This document shows, piece after piece, positions 53,905 to 63,979 of a stretch of 64,000 bases of DNA. Position 1 is the stretch's first letter. Every line of letters begins with the position of its first letter. Origin of the DNA: a virus; the IMG/VR virus record IMGVR_UViG_3300021962_008382, positions 32,001-96,000 of that record; one strand, 5' to 3'. The notes beneath the pieces are model-generated. The model saw only the letters and a list, made by a program, of their open reading frames with translations. It was not told the origin of the DNA and made no database searches. A program made the position numbers and the translations under genes.

Positions 53905-55260
53905 TTATATACTCTGCAGTGGGACTGTTGCTATTGTTCTGCCTAGTGAGAATCTTCGACCCGCACTAACTTGGGCCCAGTTAGTAAAACCACCTACAAC
54001 AGAAACAGGAGATGATAAATCTCCTGTAGCATTATTCCCCAACTGACCGTAATTATTATCCCCCCAAGCCCAAGCTGTACCATTGGTTCGAACCCCCAGG
54101 GAATGCCGAAAGCCTGCTGAAGCCCGACACCAATCGGTGAAACCACCTACTATTGAAGCAGGGGTAATACAACAATAATTACCCCCTTTATTAACACCTA
54201 TCTGACCGTAACGCGTGGATCCCCATCCCCAGGCAGTCCCGTTTGATCTTACCCCTAACGTAAAATTATTACCCGCGCTAACCTGAATCCAATCAGTATA
54301 TGTTGACACCTGGGTAGGAGATGAGGCACTAGTGTTACCCCCGTTACCTATCTGCCAGTAATTATTACGCCCCCAGGCAAAGGCAGTCCCATTTGTTCTT
54401 ACTGCTGCTGAATGCGTATGGCCAGCGCTAATATTACACCAGTCAGTAAATCCTCCTACCACAGAAACCGGTGATGATCTATTAGTAGCACTATTATCAC
54501 CTAATCGACCCGAACCGTTATACCCCCAAGCCCAGAGGGTCCCGCCTGATCTTAATGCTAAAGAATACTTGTAACCAGAACTTATTTGACACCAGTCGGT
54601 GAAGCCACCCACAACTGATACAGGCGAGGATTTGCTAACAGTAGTATTATCACCTAGTTGACCACTTTCGTTACTACCCCAAGCCCAAGCCGAACCATTA
54701 GTTCTTACTGCTAAAGTAGAATTTCTCCCGGCGGCCGCTTGACACCAGTCAGTAAATCCTACAACAGAAACCGGTGATGATCTGTTAGTAGTACAATTAT
54801 CACCTAATCGCCCCTGGCCATTGCATCCCCAAGCATACAACACACCATTAGTTCTTAACCCTAAAGAGTGTTGATAACCGGCTGACACCTGACGCCAATC
54901 GGTAAAGCCTCCTAATACGGAAATTGGCGAAGATTTATTTACAGTAGTATTATCTCCTAACACACCATTATAGTTACGTCCCCATACATATGCCTGACAG
55001 CTTACCGCATGCGAAAAGGTTGAAAAATCGCTGTTCCACGCCCCTTGAACAGCGTAGTAATATTTGTTTTCATCATCCACATATACCATTCTACCATTAT
55101 AAGTAGTAGCGTTAGGTAGATTGGTGCAAGTAGAAACTTTAAAAACTGGCTGGCACAGAATAGTAAGTGCGTTTTCTGCTTGGCAGCACTGCAAAGAGGT
55201 TAAGCCTCCTGCGCATAGCAGGCTGCATATTTTATCTATAAGCGGTTGAGTATTAATCAT
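53905..55260 (-). CDS. RCC1-repeat beta-propeller protein 5
   Basis: Same repeat. Confidence 0.93.
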   Translation of the reverse strand: MINTQPLIDKICSLLCAGGLTSLQCCQAENALTILCQPVFKVSTCTNLPNATTYNGRMVYVDDENKYYYAVQGAWNSDFSTFSHAVSCQAYVWGRNYNGVLGDNTTVNKSSPISVLGGFTDWRQVSAGYQHSLGLRTNGVLYAWGCNGQGRLGDNCTTNRSSPVSVVGFTDWCQAAAGRNSTLAVRTNGSAWAWGSNESGQLGDNTTVSKSSPVSVVGGFTDWCQISSGYKYSLALRSGGTLWAWGYNGSGRLGDNSATNRSSPVSVVGGFTDWCNISAGHTHSAAVRTNGTAFAWGRNNYWQIGNGGNTSASSPTQVSTYTDWIQVSAGNNFTLGVRSNGTAWGWGSTRYGQIGVNKGGNYCCITPASIVGGFTDWCRASAGFRHSLGVRTNGTAWAWGDNNYGQLGNNATGDLSSPVSVVGGFTNWAQVSAGRRFSLGRTIATVPLQSI

Positions 55261-55262
55261 AT

Positions 55263-56666
55263 TTAATCGAATGTAATTCCTACGCTAAGTCTACCACCGG
55301 TGGTTACTTGAAACCAGTTATTGATACCTACAACTGATACAGGTGAGGACCTGCTGGTATTATTGTTTGTACCGAGTTGGCCGTAGTCATTATTTCCCCA
55401 CGCCCAGGCAGTCCCCCCTTGTTGTACAGCTATATTATATCGGCAGCCGGCAGATACCTGACCCCAGTTAGTAAATCCCCCTACCACGGAAACCGGGGAT
55501 GAGCGATTCGTCCCGTATGGACTGCAATTATTTCCTAACTGACCCGAACCACTTGCTCCCCATGTCCAAAGGGTACCGTTAGTTCTCACTGCTGCTGAAT
55601 GATCATAGCCAGCGCTAATATTACACCAGTCAGTAAAACCACCTACCACTGTAACAGGGGATAAGCAACTTACTGTGTTATTATTACCCAGCCTACCTGA
55701 ACTCCCATACCCCCATGCATAAAGGACCCCGGTTTGAATTAAACCTAAAGAATGCTGGGCACCTGCTGATACCTGACACCAGTTAAAAATCCCCCCTGTT
55801 ACGGAAACAGGGGATCGACGACTAGTTGTCGTACCATCGCCTAACTGCCCTCGATCGTTTAACCCCCACCCCCATGCTGTACCGTTCTGTCTTACGGCTA
55901 ATGTGGTGTTTCTGTTGGAGGTACCGGTTCTGTTACCTGAAATTTGACACCAATCGGTAAACCCACCTACTACTGAAACTGGCGATGATTTATTAGCATT
56001 AGTATTGTCCCCCAATGCCCCCTGATAGTTATACCCCCATCCCCAAGCAGTACCGTTCTGCCGTATACCAACAGAAAATCTATGCCCTGCACTAATATTA
56101 CACCAGTCAGTGAATCCTCCTACTACAGATACAGGAGAGGATCTACTAGTAGTACAATTGTTACCTAATCTACCAGCTTCTCCAGACCCCCAAGCATAAA
56201 GGACCCCATTATTACGTAAACCAAGCGTATGCTGACAACCTGCGCTCACTTGACCCCAATCGGTAAATCCTCCTATTGTGGAAACAGGTGACGACCTCGA
56301 TTCTGTACAATTATCTCCGAACTGCCCTACACTATTACAACCCCACGCCCAAACTGCATTATTGTATTGCGCGTCTGTTCTTAAAACTGTACCATCCAGC
56401 GCAAGCCAAGTATTACCTGAACTTACAGCAATAATACCTAACGATTCAACATAATATACCATTCCATCGGGTAATATATTACTACCATAATAAAGATACG
56501 GTAAACTATACTTATTTTCAGCAGTGATAATACTGATGTCGTTTAAGTTGTTACCAGACAAAGCATACGCTAGAATATCGTCAGGGGTATAATCCACCAG
56601 ATTATACGGTCTGCATAATTGAGTATTTAATTTAGATAATATACAGCTAGCATTTACCGTTGGCAT
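55263..56666 (-). CDS. RCC1-repeat beta-propeller protein 4
   Basis: Same repeat. Confidence 0.93.
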   Translation of the reverse strand: MPTVNASCILSKLNTQLCRPYNLVDYTPDDILAYALSGNNLNDISIITAENKYSLPYLYYGSNILPDGMVYYVESLGIIAVSSGNTWLALDGTVLRTDAQYNNAVWAWGCNSVGQFGDNCTESRSSPVSTIGGFTDWGQVSAGCQHTLGLRNNGVLYAWGSGEAGRLGNNCTTSRSSPVSVVGGFTDWCNISAGHRFSVGIRQNGTAWGWGYNYQGALGDNTNANKSSPVSVVGGFTDWCQISGNRTGTSNRNTTLAVRQNGTAWGWGLNDRGQLGDGTTTSRRSPVSVTGGIFNWCQVSAGAQHSLGLIQTGVLYAWGYGSSGRLGNNNTVSCLSPVTVVGGFTDWCNISAGYDHSAAVRTNGTLWTWGASGSGQLGNNCSPYGTNRSSPVSVVGGFTNWGQVSAGCRYNIAVQQGGTAWAWGNNDYGQLGTNNNTSRSSPVSVVGINNWFQVTTGGRLSVGITFD

Positions 56667-56668
56667 AA

Positions 56669-57292
56669 TTACTCAACTATGGTGATGGCCAACAATTCTT
56701 CTTTAGTATCAGCAGTATCTATTTGATCTGAGATATTTAACTCCCAATCAAAGCAAGATTGAATATACTGATTACCTGCTTGTACAACTAATCCTAGCTC
56801 TTGCTTGGTCAAAGTTAGCCAACCTTCAGGAAATTTCCAATTTACAGTATCACTATTAGCCATTAGTAAGTATTTTTGAACAAAGATATCACGCGCCCCT
56901 CGATTGGTATCAATAGTCACTGTCTTATCTTGAATTGTTGCTGTTGTACCTAAAACTTCTCTTTTATATCTTTCTTGAGCTGCAACTTGTTTTAAATTGT
57001 ATCTCATAGAATCAATCGGTGAGTCATGAACTTCGTAATTAGCTATGACCACATCATCAGTAATGTTCCAAAGCGGGCCATAGTAGTATTCTACAAGCGG
57101 ATTCATTTCCGGTCTAACTTCATCTACACTCATGATTTTAGCATGATCATTAATTATTAATGGTAGGGTATCTGGGGCAGTTCTTGGTAGGGGGTACTGT
57201 ATACCTTGACGCTCTAATGTACCTTGAAACATGCCGCGATTCCAATTCATTGGACCCACCAGCACTCTATTGTCATAAATTACCGCATACAT
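56669..57292 (-). CDS. DUF4376-like tail-associated protein
   Basis: AA.ERY.RE..G, IDT.R, VNWK, YIQ.CF.WE, A.T.EEL.AI. Confidence 0.75.
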   Translation of the reverse strand: MYAVIYDNRVLVGPMNWNRGMFQGTLERQGIQYPLPRTAPDTLPLIINDHAKIMSVDEVRPEMNPLVEYYYGPLWNITDDVVIANYEVHDSPIDSMRYNLKQVAAQERYKREVLGTTATIQDKTVTIDTNRGARDIFVQKYLLMANSDTVNWKFPEGWLTLTKQELGLVVQAGNQYIQSCFDWELNISDQIDTADTKEELLAITIVE

Positions 57293-57327
57293 GTTTTTAT
57301 CTCCTGATATTATTTATTTAGTGTTTA

Positions 57328-58704
57328 TTATGATATTCGTGTGCTTCTTATTGCTAGCGCATGGTAGTAATGTTGGGGGTCGCTGATGATCGCCCAGTCA
57401 GTAAAACCACCTACAACAGAGACTGGCGAGGATTGGTTGCTAGTACCATTATCTCCTAGACTACCATTATATGACTCCCCCCATGACCATACAGTACCGT
57501 TTTGTCTTAACCCCATACTTTTTCTATAGCCAGCGGAAACTTGACACCAATCGGTAAAGCCCCCTACTACGGAAACAGGGGATGATCTATTAGTAGTACA
57601 ATTATTACCTAGCCTACCTGAGGTTCCGCAACCCCATGACCATGCTGTTCCATTAGTTCTCACCGCTAAAGCATGCGTACTGGCGCTGACTTGACACCAA
57701 TCAGTAAAACCACCTACAACAGACACGGGCGATCTCTTACTTACTATTGTATTATCACCTAATCTACCAGCCGTATTATCTCCCCATGCATAAAGAGTAC
57801 CGTCTTGTCTTACAGCGGCAGTAAAATAACCTGTGCTCACCTGACACCAATTAGTAAATCCCCCTACTACTGATACCGGCGATGATTTATTAACATTAGT
57901 ATTGTCCCCTAATTGACCCTGACCGTTATATCCCCACGACCAAAGTGTACCATCTTGTTTTACACCATGACCTCTTCCGGGTCCGCTCGGTGTCGCGGCA
58001 ACTTGACACCAATCGGTAAAGCCCCCTACAACGGAAACAGGGGATAAAACAACAGCACCGGAACCGGTATTATTACCTAAACCCCCATTATCACGATAAC
58101 CCCATCCCCAAGCAGTACCGTTAGATCTTACACCTAGACTGGTAAAATTACCAGCAGAAACCTGACACCAGTCTGTAAACCCCCCGACCACTGATACGGG
58201 CGAGGATTTAGCTACTTCAGTATTATCCCCTAGTCTACCTCCGACACCGTTACCCCATCCCCATGCTGTACCGTTAGTTCTGACTGCTAGCGTGTGGTTA
58301 TAACCAGCGCTTACTTGACACCAGCTAGTAACTCCTCCCACTACTGATACCGGTGATGATTTACTAACAACAGTATTATCTCCTAACTGACCGCAATTAT
58401 TTCTACCCCAAGCATATGCAACATTATTATAAACAGGATCAGGTGAAACTTGTGACCAAACATTACCGTTACTAAAATATAAACGATCTACATTCTGCAC
58501 AAAGTACAGCCAACCTTCATGTACTGAAACGTTGGGTAAATTGCAGGTTTGATCTATTGTTCTAATTTGACCCATGTTGAAAGTTTGAGCTGCCTTAGCA
58601 AGCTCAATATAGTACATGGTAGAATTAACGTTATCCGCTGCAGCCAATGTATTGGCACTCTCAACAGCAGATTGAAACTGTACTTGTAGGTTGTTTATGT
58701 TCAT
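57328..58704 (-). CDS. RCC1-repeat beta-propeller protein 3
   Basis: Same repeat. Confidence 0.93.
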   Translation of the reverse strand: MNINNLQVQFQSAVESANTLAAADNVNSTMYYIELAKAAQTFNMGQIRTIDQTCNLPNVSVHEGWLYFVQNVDRLYFSNGNVWSQVSPDPVYNNVAYAWGRNNCGQLGDNTVVSKSSPVSVVGGVTSWCQVSAGYNHTLAVRTNGTAWGWGNGVGGRLGDNTEVAKSSPVSVVGGFTDWCQVSAGNFTSLGVRSNGTAWGWGYRDNGGLGNNTGSGAVVLSPVSVVGGFTDWCQVAATPSGPGRGHGVKQDGTLWSWGYNGQGQLGDNTNVNKSSPVSVVGGFTNWCQVSTGYFTAAVRQDGTLYAWGDNTAGRLGDNTIVSKRSPVSVVGGFTDWCQVSASTHALAVRTNGTAWSWGCGTSGRLGNNCTTNRSSPVSVVGGFTDWCQVSAGYRKSMGLRQNGTVWSWGESYNGSLGDNGTSNQSSPVSVVGGFTDWAIISDPQHYYHALAIRSTRIS

Positions 58705-60059
58705 GAGTCTAAATTATACCTTATACCTAGCACATGGCCAAAACCTGCTGAAACTTGACACCAATTAGTTAATCCCCCTATTACTGATACAGGGGATGAT
58801 CTACTGAAGGCTTGAAGCCCTTCACCTAATTGACCGTAGTTGTTTTGACCCCATCCCCAAATTGTACCGTTAGTTCTTACAGCCGCAGCATTACCAACAC
58901 CTGCATCTGCCTGACACCAATCTGTAAACCCACCTACTACAGAAACAGGTGATGAACTGTCAGTAGTACTATTATTACCTAATCGACCCGAACCGTTATA
59001 CCCCCAAGCCCAGAGGGTCCCGCCTGATCTTAATCCAATACTAAAACTATTTCCACCTGATACTTGACACCAATCTGTAAATCCCCCTACAACAGATACG
59101 GGGGAGGATTTAGAAACAGTAGAATTATCACCTAATCTTCCGTTACTACCGTTACCCCAAGCCCATGCAGTACCATTTTGTCTTACCCCTAGGGAATGTT
59201 GGGACTGACTGAGTGCAGCGCTTACCTGACACCAATCAGTAAACCCTCCTACAACAGATACAGGAGAGGTTCTAGTAGTAGTACTATTATCACCTAAGTT
59301 ACCATTACTATTATTTCCCCAACCCCAAGCAGTACCGTTTTGTCTTACAGCTAAAGCAAAATCGGACCCCCCTGATACCTGACACCAGTTAGTAAATCCC
59401 CCTACTACAGAAACAGGGGATGATTTACTTACTGTAGTACTATCACCTATTTGACCTTGAGCGTTGTAACCCCAAGCCCAAAGAGTTCCGTTTTGTCTTA
59501 CACCTAAAGAGAATCTTATATTATTACCAAAAAACCCCCCGGCACTTATCTGACACCAATCTGTAAAACCACCTACAACCGATACAGGAGATGATCTAGA
59601 TGTTGTAGAATTATCACCTAAACTACCGTAAAAGTTTTGACCCCAGCCCCAAGCAGTACCATTGGTACGCACGGCAAGTGAATTACGTGTTCCTGCTGAA
59701 ACTTGACACCAATCTATAAAATTACCAACAACTGACACTGGAGAAGTTCTTTGTGTAACTGTATTATCACCCAATTGACCGGCATTATTAAACCCCCAAG
59801 CATACATAAATCCTTGAGGTATTTGATTGATAGTATCTATTGATACCCAATTAGTACTATTACTATAATAAATTCCCAACCCTCTAACATAATACATTTT
59901 ACCAGTAGATGCAGATGCCGCAGGTAAATCCACTATAGCATTTACGTGATTTACTTGACCTGCTTTCATTAAGTCAACTGACTTAGTTACAGCTAACTGA
60001 TTATAGGTATTATCGCTAACTTTAGATTGAAGCTTTAAAATTAAATTAGTAATATCCAT
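58701..60059 (-). CDS. RCC1-repeat beta-propeller protein 2
   Basis: Same repeat. Confidence 0.93.
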   Translation of the reverse strand: MDITNLILKLQSKVSDNTYNQLAVTKSVDLMKAGQVNHVNAIVDLPAASASTGKMYYVRGLGIYYSNSTNWVSIDTINQIPQGFMYAWGFNNAGQLGDNTVTQRTSPVSVVGNFIDWCQVSAGTRNSLAVRTNGTAWGWGQNFYGSLGDNSTTSRSSPVSVVGGFTDWCQISAGGFFGNNIRFSLGVRQNGTLWAWGYNAQGQIGDSTTVSKSSPVSVVGGFTNWCQVSGGSDFALAVRQNGTAWGWGNNSNGNLGDNSTTTRTSPVSVVGGFTDWCQVSAALSQSQHSLGVRQNGTAWAWGNGSNGRLGDNSTVSKSSPVSVVGGFTDWCQVSGGNSFSIGLRSGGTLWAWGYNGSGRLGNNSTTDSSSPVSVVGGFTDWCQADAGVGNAAAVRTNGTIWGWGQNNYGQLGEGLQAFSRSSPVSVIGGLTNWCQVSAGFGHVLGIRYNLDS

Positions 60060-60062
60060 AGT

Positions 60063-61406
60063 TTAAAATCCGCAACTCTTTCTTATAGCCAAGCTAGAAT
60101 TTCCCCCGCCTGATACATCCCACCAATCTGTATACCCGCCTACCACAGATACCGGTGACGACCGATTAGTAGTACAATTATTACCTAAGGAGTCGCCGTT
60201 CCCCCAACTCCAAAGCGTACCATTTTGTCTTAATCCTAGCGAATGTGTAGAACCAGCACTTATTTTACACCAATCGGTAAATCCCCCTACTACCGATACT
60301 GGTGAAGGTTGACTACCAATGGCACTATTATTACCTAATTGTCCGCTTGCACCTCGTCCCCAACCCCAAGCCGTTCCGTTTTGTCGTACACCTAATGAAA
60401 ACATGTACCCGCCGGATAATTGACACCAATTTGTAAATCCTCCTATTACTGATACAGGGGACGATCTAGTATATCCTGCGCCGCTGTAGCCATCGCCTAA
60501 TTGACCGTAATAATTGTTGCCCCATGCCCAAGCTGTGCCTCCTGTTCTTATCGCTAAAGAATGTTTAAACCCGGTCGATAGCTGGCACCAATCGGTAAAC
60601 CCTCCTACTACGGAGACTGGTGAACTTGTAGATGATGTACTATTATTCCCCAACTGACCACAGTCATTAAACCCCCAAGCCCAAATTGTTCCATTAGTTC
60701 TTAAACCTAGGGAATGAAATCCTCCTGCAGATACACGAGACCAGTCAGAAAATGCAATGATAGAAACAGGAGATGTTCTATTAGTAGTACTATTATTTCC
60801 TAATCTTCCGCTGCCACCGCAACCCCAAGCCCAAGCCGTGCTATTGGTTCGTACCCCCAGGGAATGTTCTCTTCCTGCTGAAACCTGACACCAATCTGTA
60901 AACCCACCTACTACCGAAACAGGTGATGATTTATTTTCCGTTGTATTATCCCCTAATCTACCACACGTATTATTTCCCCACGCCCTTGCAGTACCGTTAG
61001 AACGAACGGCTAATGAATGACAAAGACCGGATGAAACTTGACACCAATCTGTAAAGATTCCTACAACAGATACGGGTGAAGATTTATTTACCGTAGTATT
61101 GTCTCCTAACTGCCCATCGCTATTATTTCCCCACGACCAAACAGCGCTCGTTATACCGCTTACATCGCTTGTCCAAGCAGCCCCGGTGCTAAAATAGTAC
61201 TTAGATTCATTTGTAACGTATACAAATCTACCAGTATTACAAGAAGCGGTAGGCAATGAGGCTTGACATGCAACACTAAAAACAGTACATTTATCATTAA
61301 GCTGACATTCAGAACCAGTTAACTGAAGTATCTCTAATGCAGTTAAATTAGATCGAGTAGCTGCTTGATTTATACAGTTGATTAAATCATTAACACCAAA
61401 AGTCAT
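60063..61406 (-). CDS. RCC1-repeat beta-propeller protein 1
   Basis: Same repeat. Confidence 0.93.
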   Translation of the reverse strand: MTFGVNDLINCINQAATRSNLTALEILQLTGSECQLNDKCTVFSVACQASLPTASCNTGRFVYVTNESKYYFSTGAAWTSDVSGITSAVWSWGNNSDGQLGDNTTVNKSSPVSVVGIFTDWCQVSSGLCHSLAVRSNGTARAWGNNTCGRLGDNTTENKSSPVSVVGGFTDWCQVSAGREHSLGVRTNSTAWAWGCGGSGRLGNNSTTNRTSPVSIIAFSDWSRVSAGGFHSLGLRTNGTIWAWGFNDCGQLGNNSTSSTSSPVSVVGGFTDWCQLSTGFKHSLAIRTGGTAWAWGNNYYGQLGDGYSGAGYTRSSPVSVIGGFTNWCQLSGGYMFSLGVRQNGTAWGWGRGASGQLGNNSAIGSQPSPVSVVGGFTDWCKISAGSTHSLGLRQNGTLWSWGNGDSLGNNCTTNRSSPVSVVGGYTDWWDVSGGGNSSLAIRKSCGF

Positions 61407-61409
61407 TGT

Positions 61410-62045
61410 TTACCCCAGTGCTAATATAGATAACGTTCTCGCGTATTGATCGGTAACTCCTTCTGCCCCACCACCAGTTGCTGTGGAGTTAATTCTACCA
61501 TTAGCGTCGATAGTTATACTTTGTCCGGCTGTTAGAGCTGCTACAACTCTAGTATTAGTAAAATATAGATTACCGGATTCAGCTATGTTAGCCGTTGAAA
61601 GAACAACTGTACCGGTAAGACCGTTAACGGAATCGACTGCACCACCACCAGTTGCTGTGGAGTTAATTCTTCCATTGGCATCGATAGTGATACTCTGGCC
61701 AGCTGATAGCGCAGCAATAGACCTAGCATTGGTAAAATATAAATTACCGGACTCGGCTATGTTAGCAGTAGTTAAGGTGACTGTACCAGTAAGATCGTTA
61801 ACGGAAACGACATTAGCTGTAGAGCTAAAGACACCGGTACCGCTTGAATAGCTTAAACTTCCGCTAGCGCTAAATTTATTTCTTATATTAGCAGTATCAA
61901 CTTCAAGATTAATTCTGGCGTTGGCAGCATCTTCTGCACCTGTACCACCGTAAGATACCGAGACAACATCCCCGGATAAAAATTCCCCTAAAGCGGTTAC
62001 ATTTGAACCGTCATAAATTGCTTTTACCGGAATACGGGTAGTCAT
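61410..62045 (-). CDS. Tail-fibre-like repeat protein
   Basis: YGGTGA..A..AR.NL and SVNGLTGTV.L.TANIAESGNLYFTN repeats. Confidence 0.8.
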   Translation of the reverse strand: MTTRIPVKAIYDGSNVTALGEFLSGDVVSVSYGGTGAEDAANARINLEVDTANIRNKFSASGSLSYSSGTGVFSSTANVVSVNDLTGTVTLTTANIAESGNLYFTNARSIAALSAGQSITIDANGRINSTATGGGAVDSVNGLTGTVVLSTANIAESGNLYFTNTRVVAALTAGQSITIDANGRINSTATGGGAEGVTDQYARTLSILALG

Positions 62046-63250
62046 TAGTTAATCCTTAATGTGGTTACGCTTGAACCATCACTCTTAGTAAATGGTAGAT
62101 ATACATTAGCTAGAGATTGATTCAGAATAGTATCTGAAATCCTCAGTTGAATCGACTTATAAACGTTAGTATTATCATAAAATGGGAATACTTTATTAGT
62201 TGACCCAATAGTGACAGTATTTGTAACGTTGTTAGTTGTAACATCTAATAATCCGGCAGCAGCAATAGTTAATGTTGATTCACCGTTTGCATATAAACTA
62301 CTCTGACCGGTAACACTTATTGTGGTAAAAGAGTTTGATACTGTACCAGTGCCGGTTGCTGTAGAGGTAATCAAACCATTAGCATCGATATTTATGCCGG
62401 CTCCTTCAGTGAAGGCGTTTATGGCTCTTGCATTAGTAAAGTATAAATTACCCGATTCAGCTATATTAGCGGTAGTTAAGGTAACTGTACCGGTAAGACC
62501 GTTAACTGAAACGACATCTCCAGTTACTGTCGAAGATATTAACCCGTTAGAATCGATATTAATACCAGTACCTTCCGTGAAGGCATTAATTGCTCTGGTA
62601 TTAGTAAAATAAAGATTAGTTAATTCAGTAACGTTAGCAGTTGTTAGACTAGCTGTATTAGCTTTGGTAGCTAATGAATTAATAATACTTGTTGAAAAGC
62701 TAGCGTCATTTCCTAGAGCATTTGCCAGTTCGTTCAACGTATCTAGGGTCGCAGGGGCTGAATTAACAAGGTTTGCAATCTCATTACTTACATGCGATAC
62801 AGTTGCATATCCGATACTAACTACATTGGAATATACTCTAGCATTAGTAAAATACAGATTGCTTGATTCAGCTATATTAGCGGTAGTTAAGGTAACTGTA
62901 CCGGTAAGACCGTTAACGGAATCGACCGCGCCCCCGCCAGTTGCGGTAGAGTTAATTCTACCATTAGCATCAATAGTAATACTTTGACCGGCTGTTAGAG
63001 CTGCTACAACTCTAGCGTTAGTAAAGTATAAATTACCCGATTCGGCTATGTTAGCAGTTGTTAATACAGATATGTTACTGTTAAGGTTAGCAACATCTGT
63101 CTTTAAAGCTAAAGGAAATCCCCCTGCAGTTGACCCGTCATGAACAACTACAGTCTTTTTAGAAGTATCTACTGTAACTTCTGCTGCAGCACCAGTAAAT
63201 GTGCTGTGAGCAAGAGTATTACCTTTTCTTAATTGAAGTTGAATGGCCAA
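62045..63250 (-). CDS. Tail-fibre protein with Mtd_N-like N-terminal domain
   Basis: QLRKG...H.TFTGA..EVTVDT.KKTVVVHDG.TAGG.PLA; AP.TLDTLNELA.ALGND; NLYFTN repeats. Confidence 0.85.
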   Translation of the reverse strand: MAIQLQLRKGNTLAHSTFTGAAAEVTVDTSKKTVVVHDGSTAGGFPLALKTDVANLNSNISVLTTANIAESGNLYFTNARVVAALTAGQSITIDANGRINSTATGGGAVDSVNGLTGTVTLTTANIAESSNLYFTNARVYSNVVSIGYATVSHVSNEIANLVNSAPATLDTLNELANALGNDASFSTSIINSLATKANTASLTTANVTELTNLYFTNTRAINAFTEGTGINIDSNGLISSTVTGDVVSVNGLTGTVTLTTANIAESGNLYFTNARAINAFTEGAGINIDANGLITSTATGTGTVSNSFTTISVTGQSSLYANGESTLTIAAAGLLDVTTNNVTNTVTIGSTNKVFPFYDNTNVYKSIQLRISDTILNQSLANVYLPFTKSDGSSVTTLRIN

Positions 63251-63745
63251 TCAAAGATCCCCATAATCGACTGTAGCGCTACTAAACGGTTCATACACAA
63301 AACCATAATCAAAGGCTCCGCTTGAAGTAGCAATATCTACAGTTACCTGACTACCAACAGCCGAAGCTGTTATTCCTGTTCCAGTAAAGTTAATCGATGA
63401 TACTGAATTTGTTATGTAAGTGCCTTGATTAAGTACTGATAGGTTTGACTGAACCGCACTTACTTGTACTTTAGCTATACCATTAGCTCTATCAATAATA
63501 TCAAAACCCGATTCATTAAACTGTAAGATTCTTACATCGGAAACGGATTTTGAGACTGTATTGCTTGTATCAGCTAGTTGAATGGTAAGATTAGAACCAA
63601 CGACGATAACATTACCTGAACCGTCTTTGGTGTAGAGGATACGATCGACAAGGTTTACAACGGGTTCGCCGACTTGTACGTTAGCAGCGTCTGGTATTTT
63701 ACCCGACACTGATGATCGTTTTAATTGTATACTATTGCCAGCCAT
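63251..63745 (-). CDS. Tail-fibre-associated protein
   Basis: IQLKRS...GK.P......GE..VN..D..LY N-terminus; DYG C-terminus. Confidence 0.75.
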   Translation of the reverse strand: MAGNSIQLKRSSVSGKIPDAANVQVGEPVVNLVDRILYTKDGSGNVIVVGSNLTIQLADTSNTVSKSVSDVRILQFNESGFDIIDRANGIAKVQVSAVQSNLSVLNQGTYITNSVSSINFTGTGITASAVGSQVTVDIATSSGAFDYGFVYEPFSSATVDYGDL

Positions 63746-63796
63746 TGACGGCTTTTTCCTTTGCTATATAGCGAATTCTAGACTATGTAGTCTAGA

Positions 63797-63979
63797 TTAA
63801 TATTCTGAAGGTTTTTCTTTTTTCTTCTGCTTATCAATCTGCTCGTTAAGTTTACTATTTATCTCTACTGCTAACTGCAATTGAGATTCTAAAACTATTA
63901 CCTGGGCTTGTAAATCATTTAATTTTTTATTAGTTTTTTCCATAACTAAATTCATAAATTTAGCGTTATCAATCTGCAT
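63797..63979 (-). CDS. Small coiled-coil protein
   Basis: Heptad pattern; GAGG RBS. Confidence 0.65.
   Translation of the reverse strand: MQIDNAKFMNLVMEKTNKKLNDLQAQVIVLESQLQLAVEINSKLNEQIDKQKKKEKPSEY

Noticed and set aside
16777-62987. Plus-strand ORFs opposite core genes (e.g. 32286-32663, 40967-41398, 61483-61851)
   Set aside because: They overlap well-supported minus-strand genes and have typical antisense composition.
52554-63250. Diversity-generating retroelement suggested by the Mtd_N-like domain and repeats
   Set aside because: No reverse transcriptase in the window and no template/variable pair differing only at adenines was seen; the shared patches are exact and coding.
63763-63796. 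Palindromes GCTATATAGC and TCTAGACTA-TG-TAGTCTAGA
   Set aside because: Short and AT-rich with no U tract; no function can be supported.
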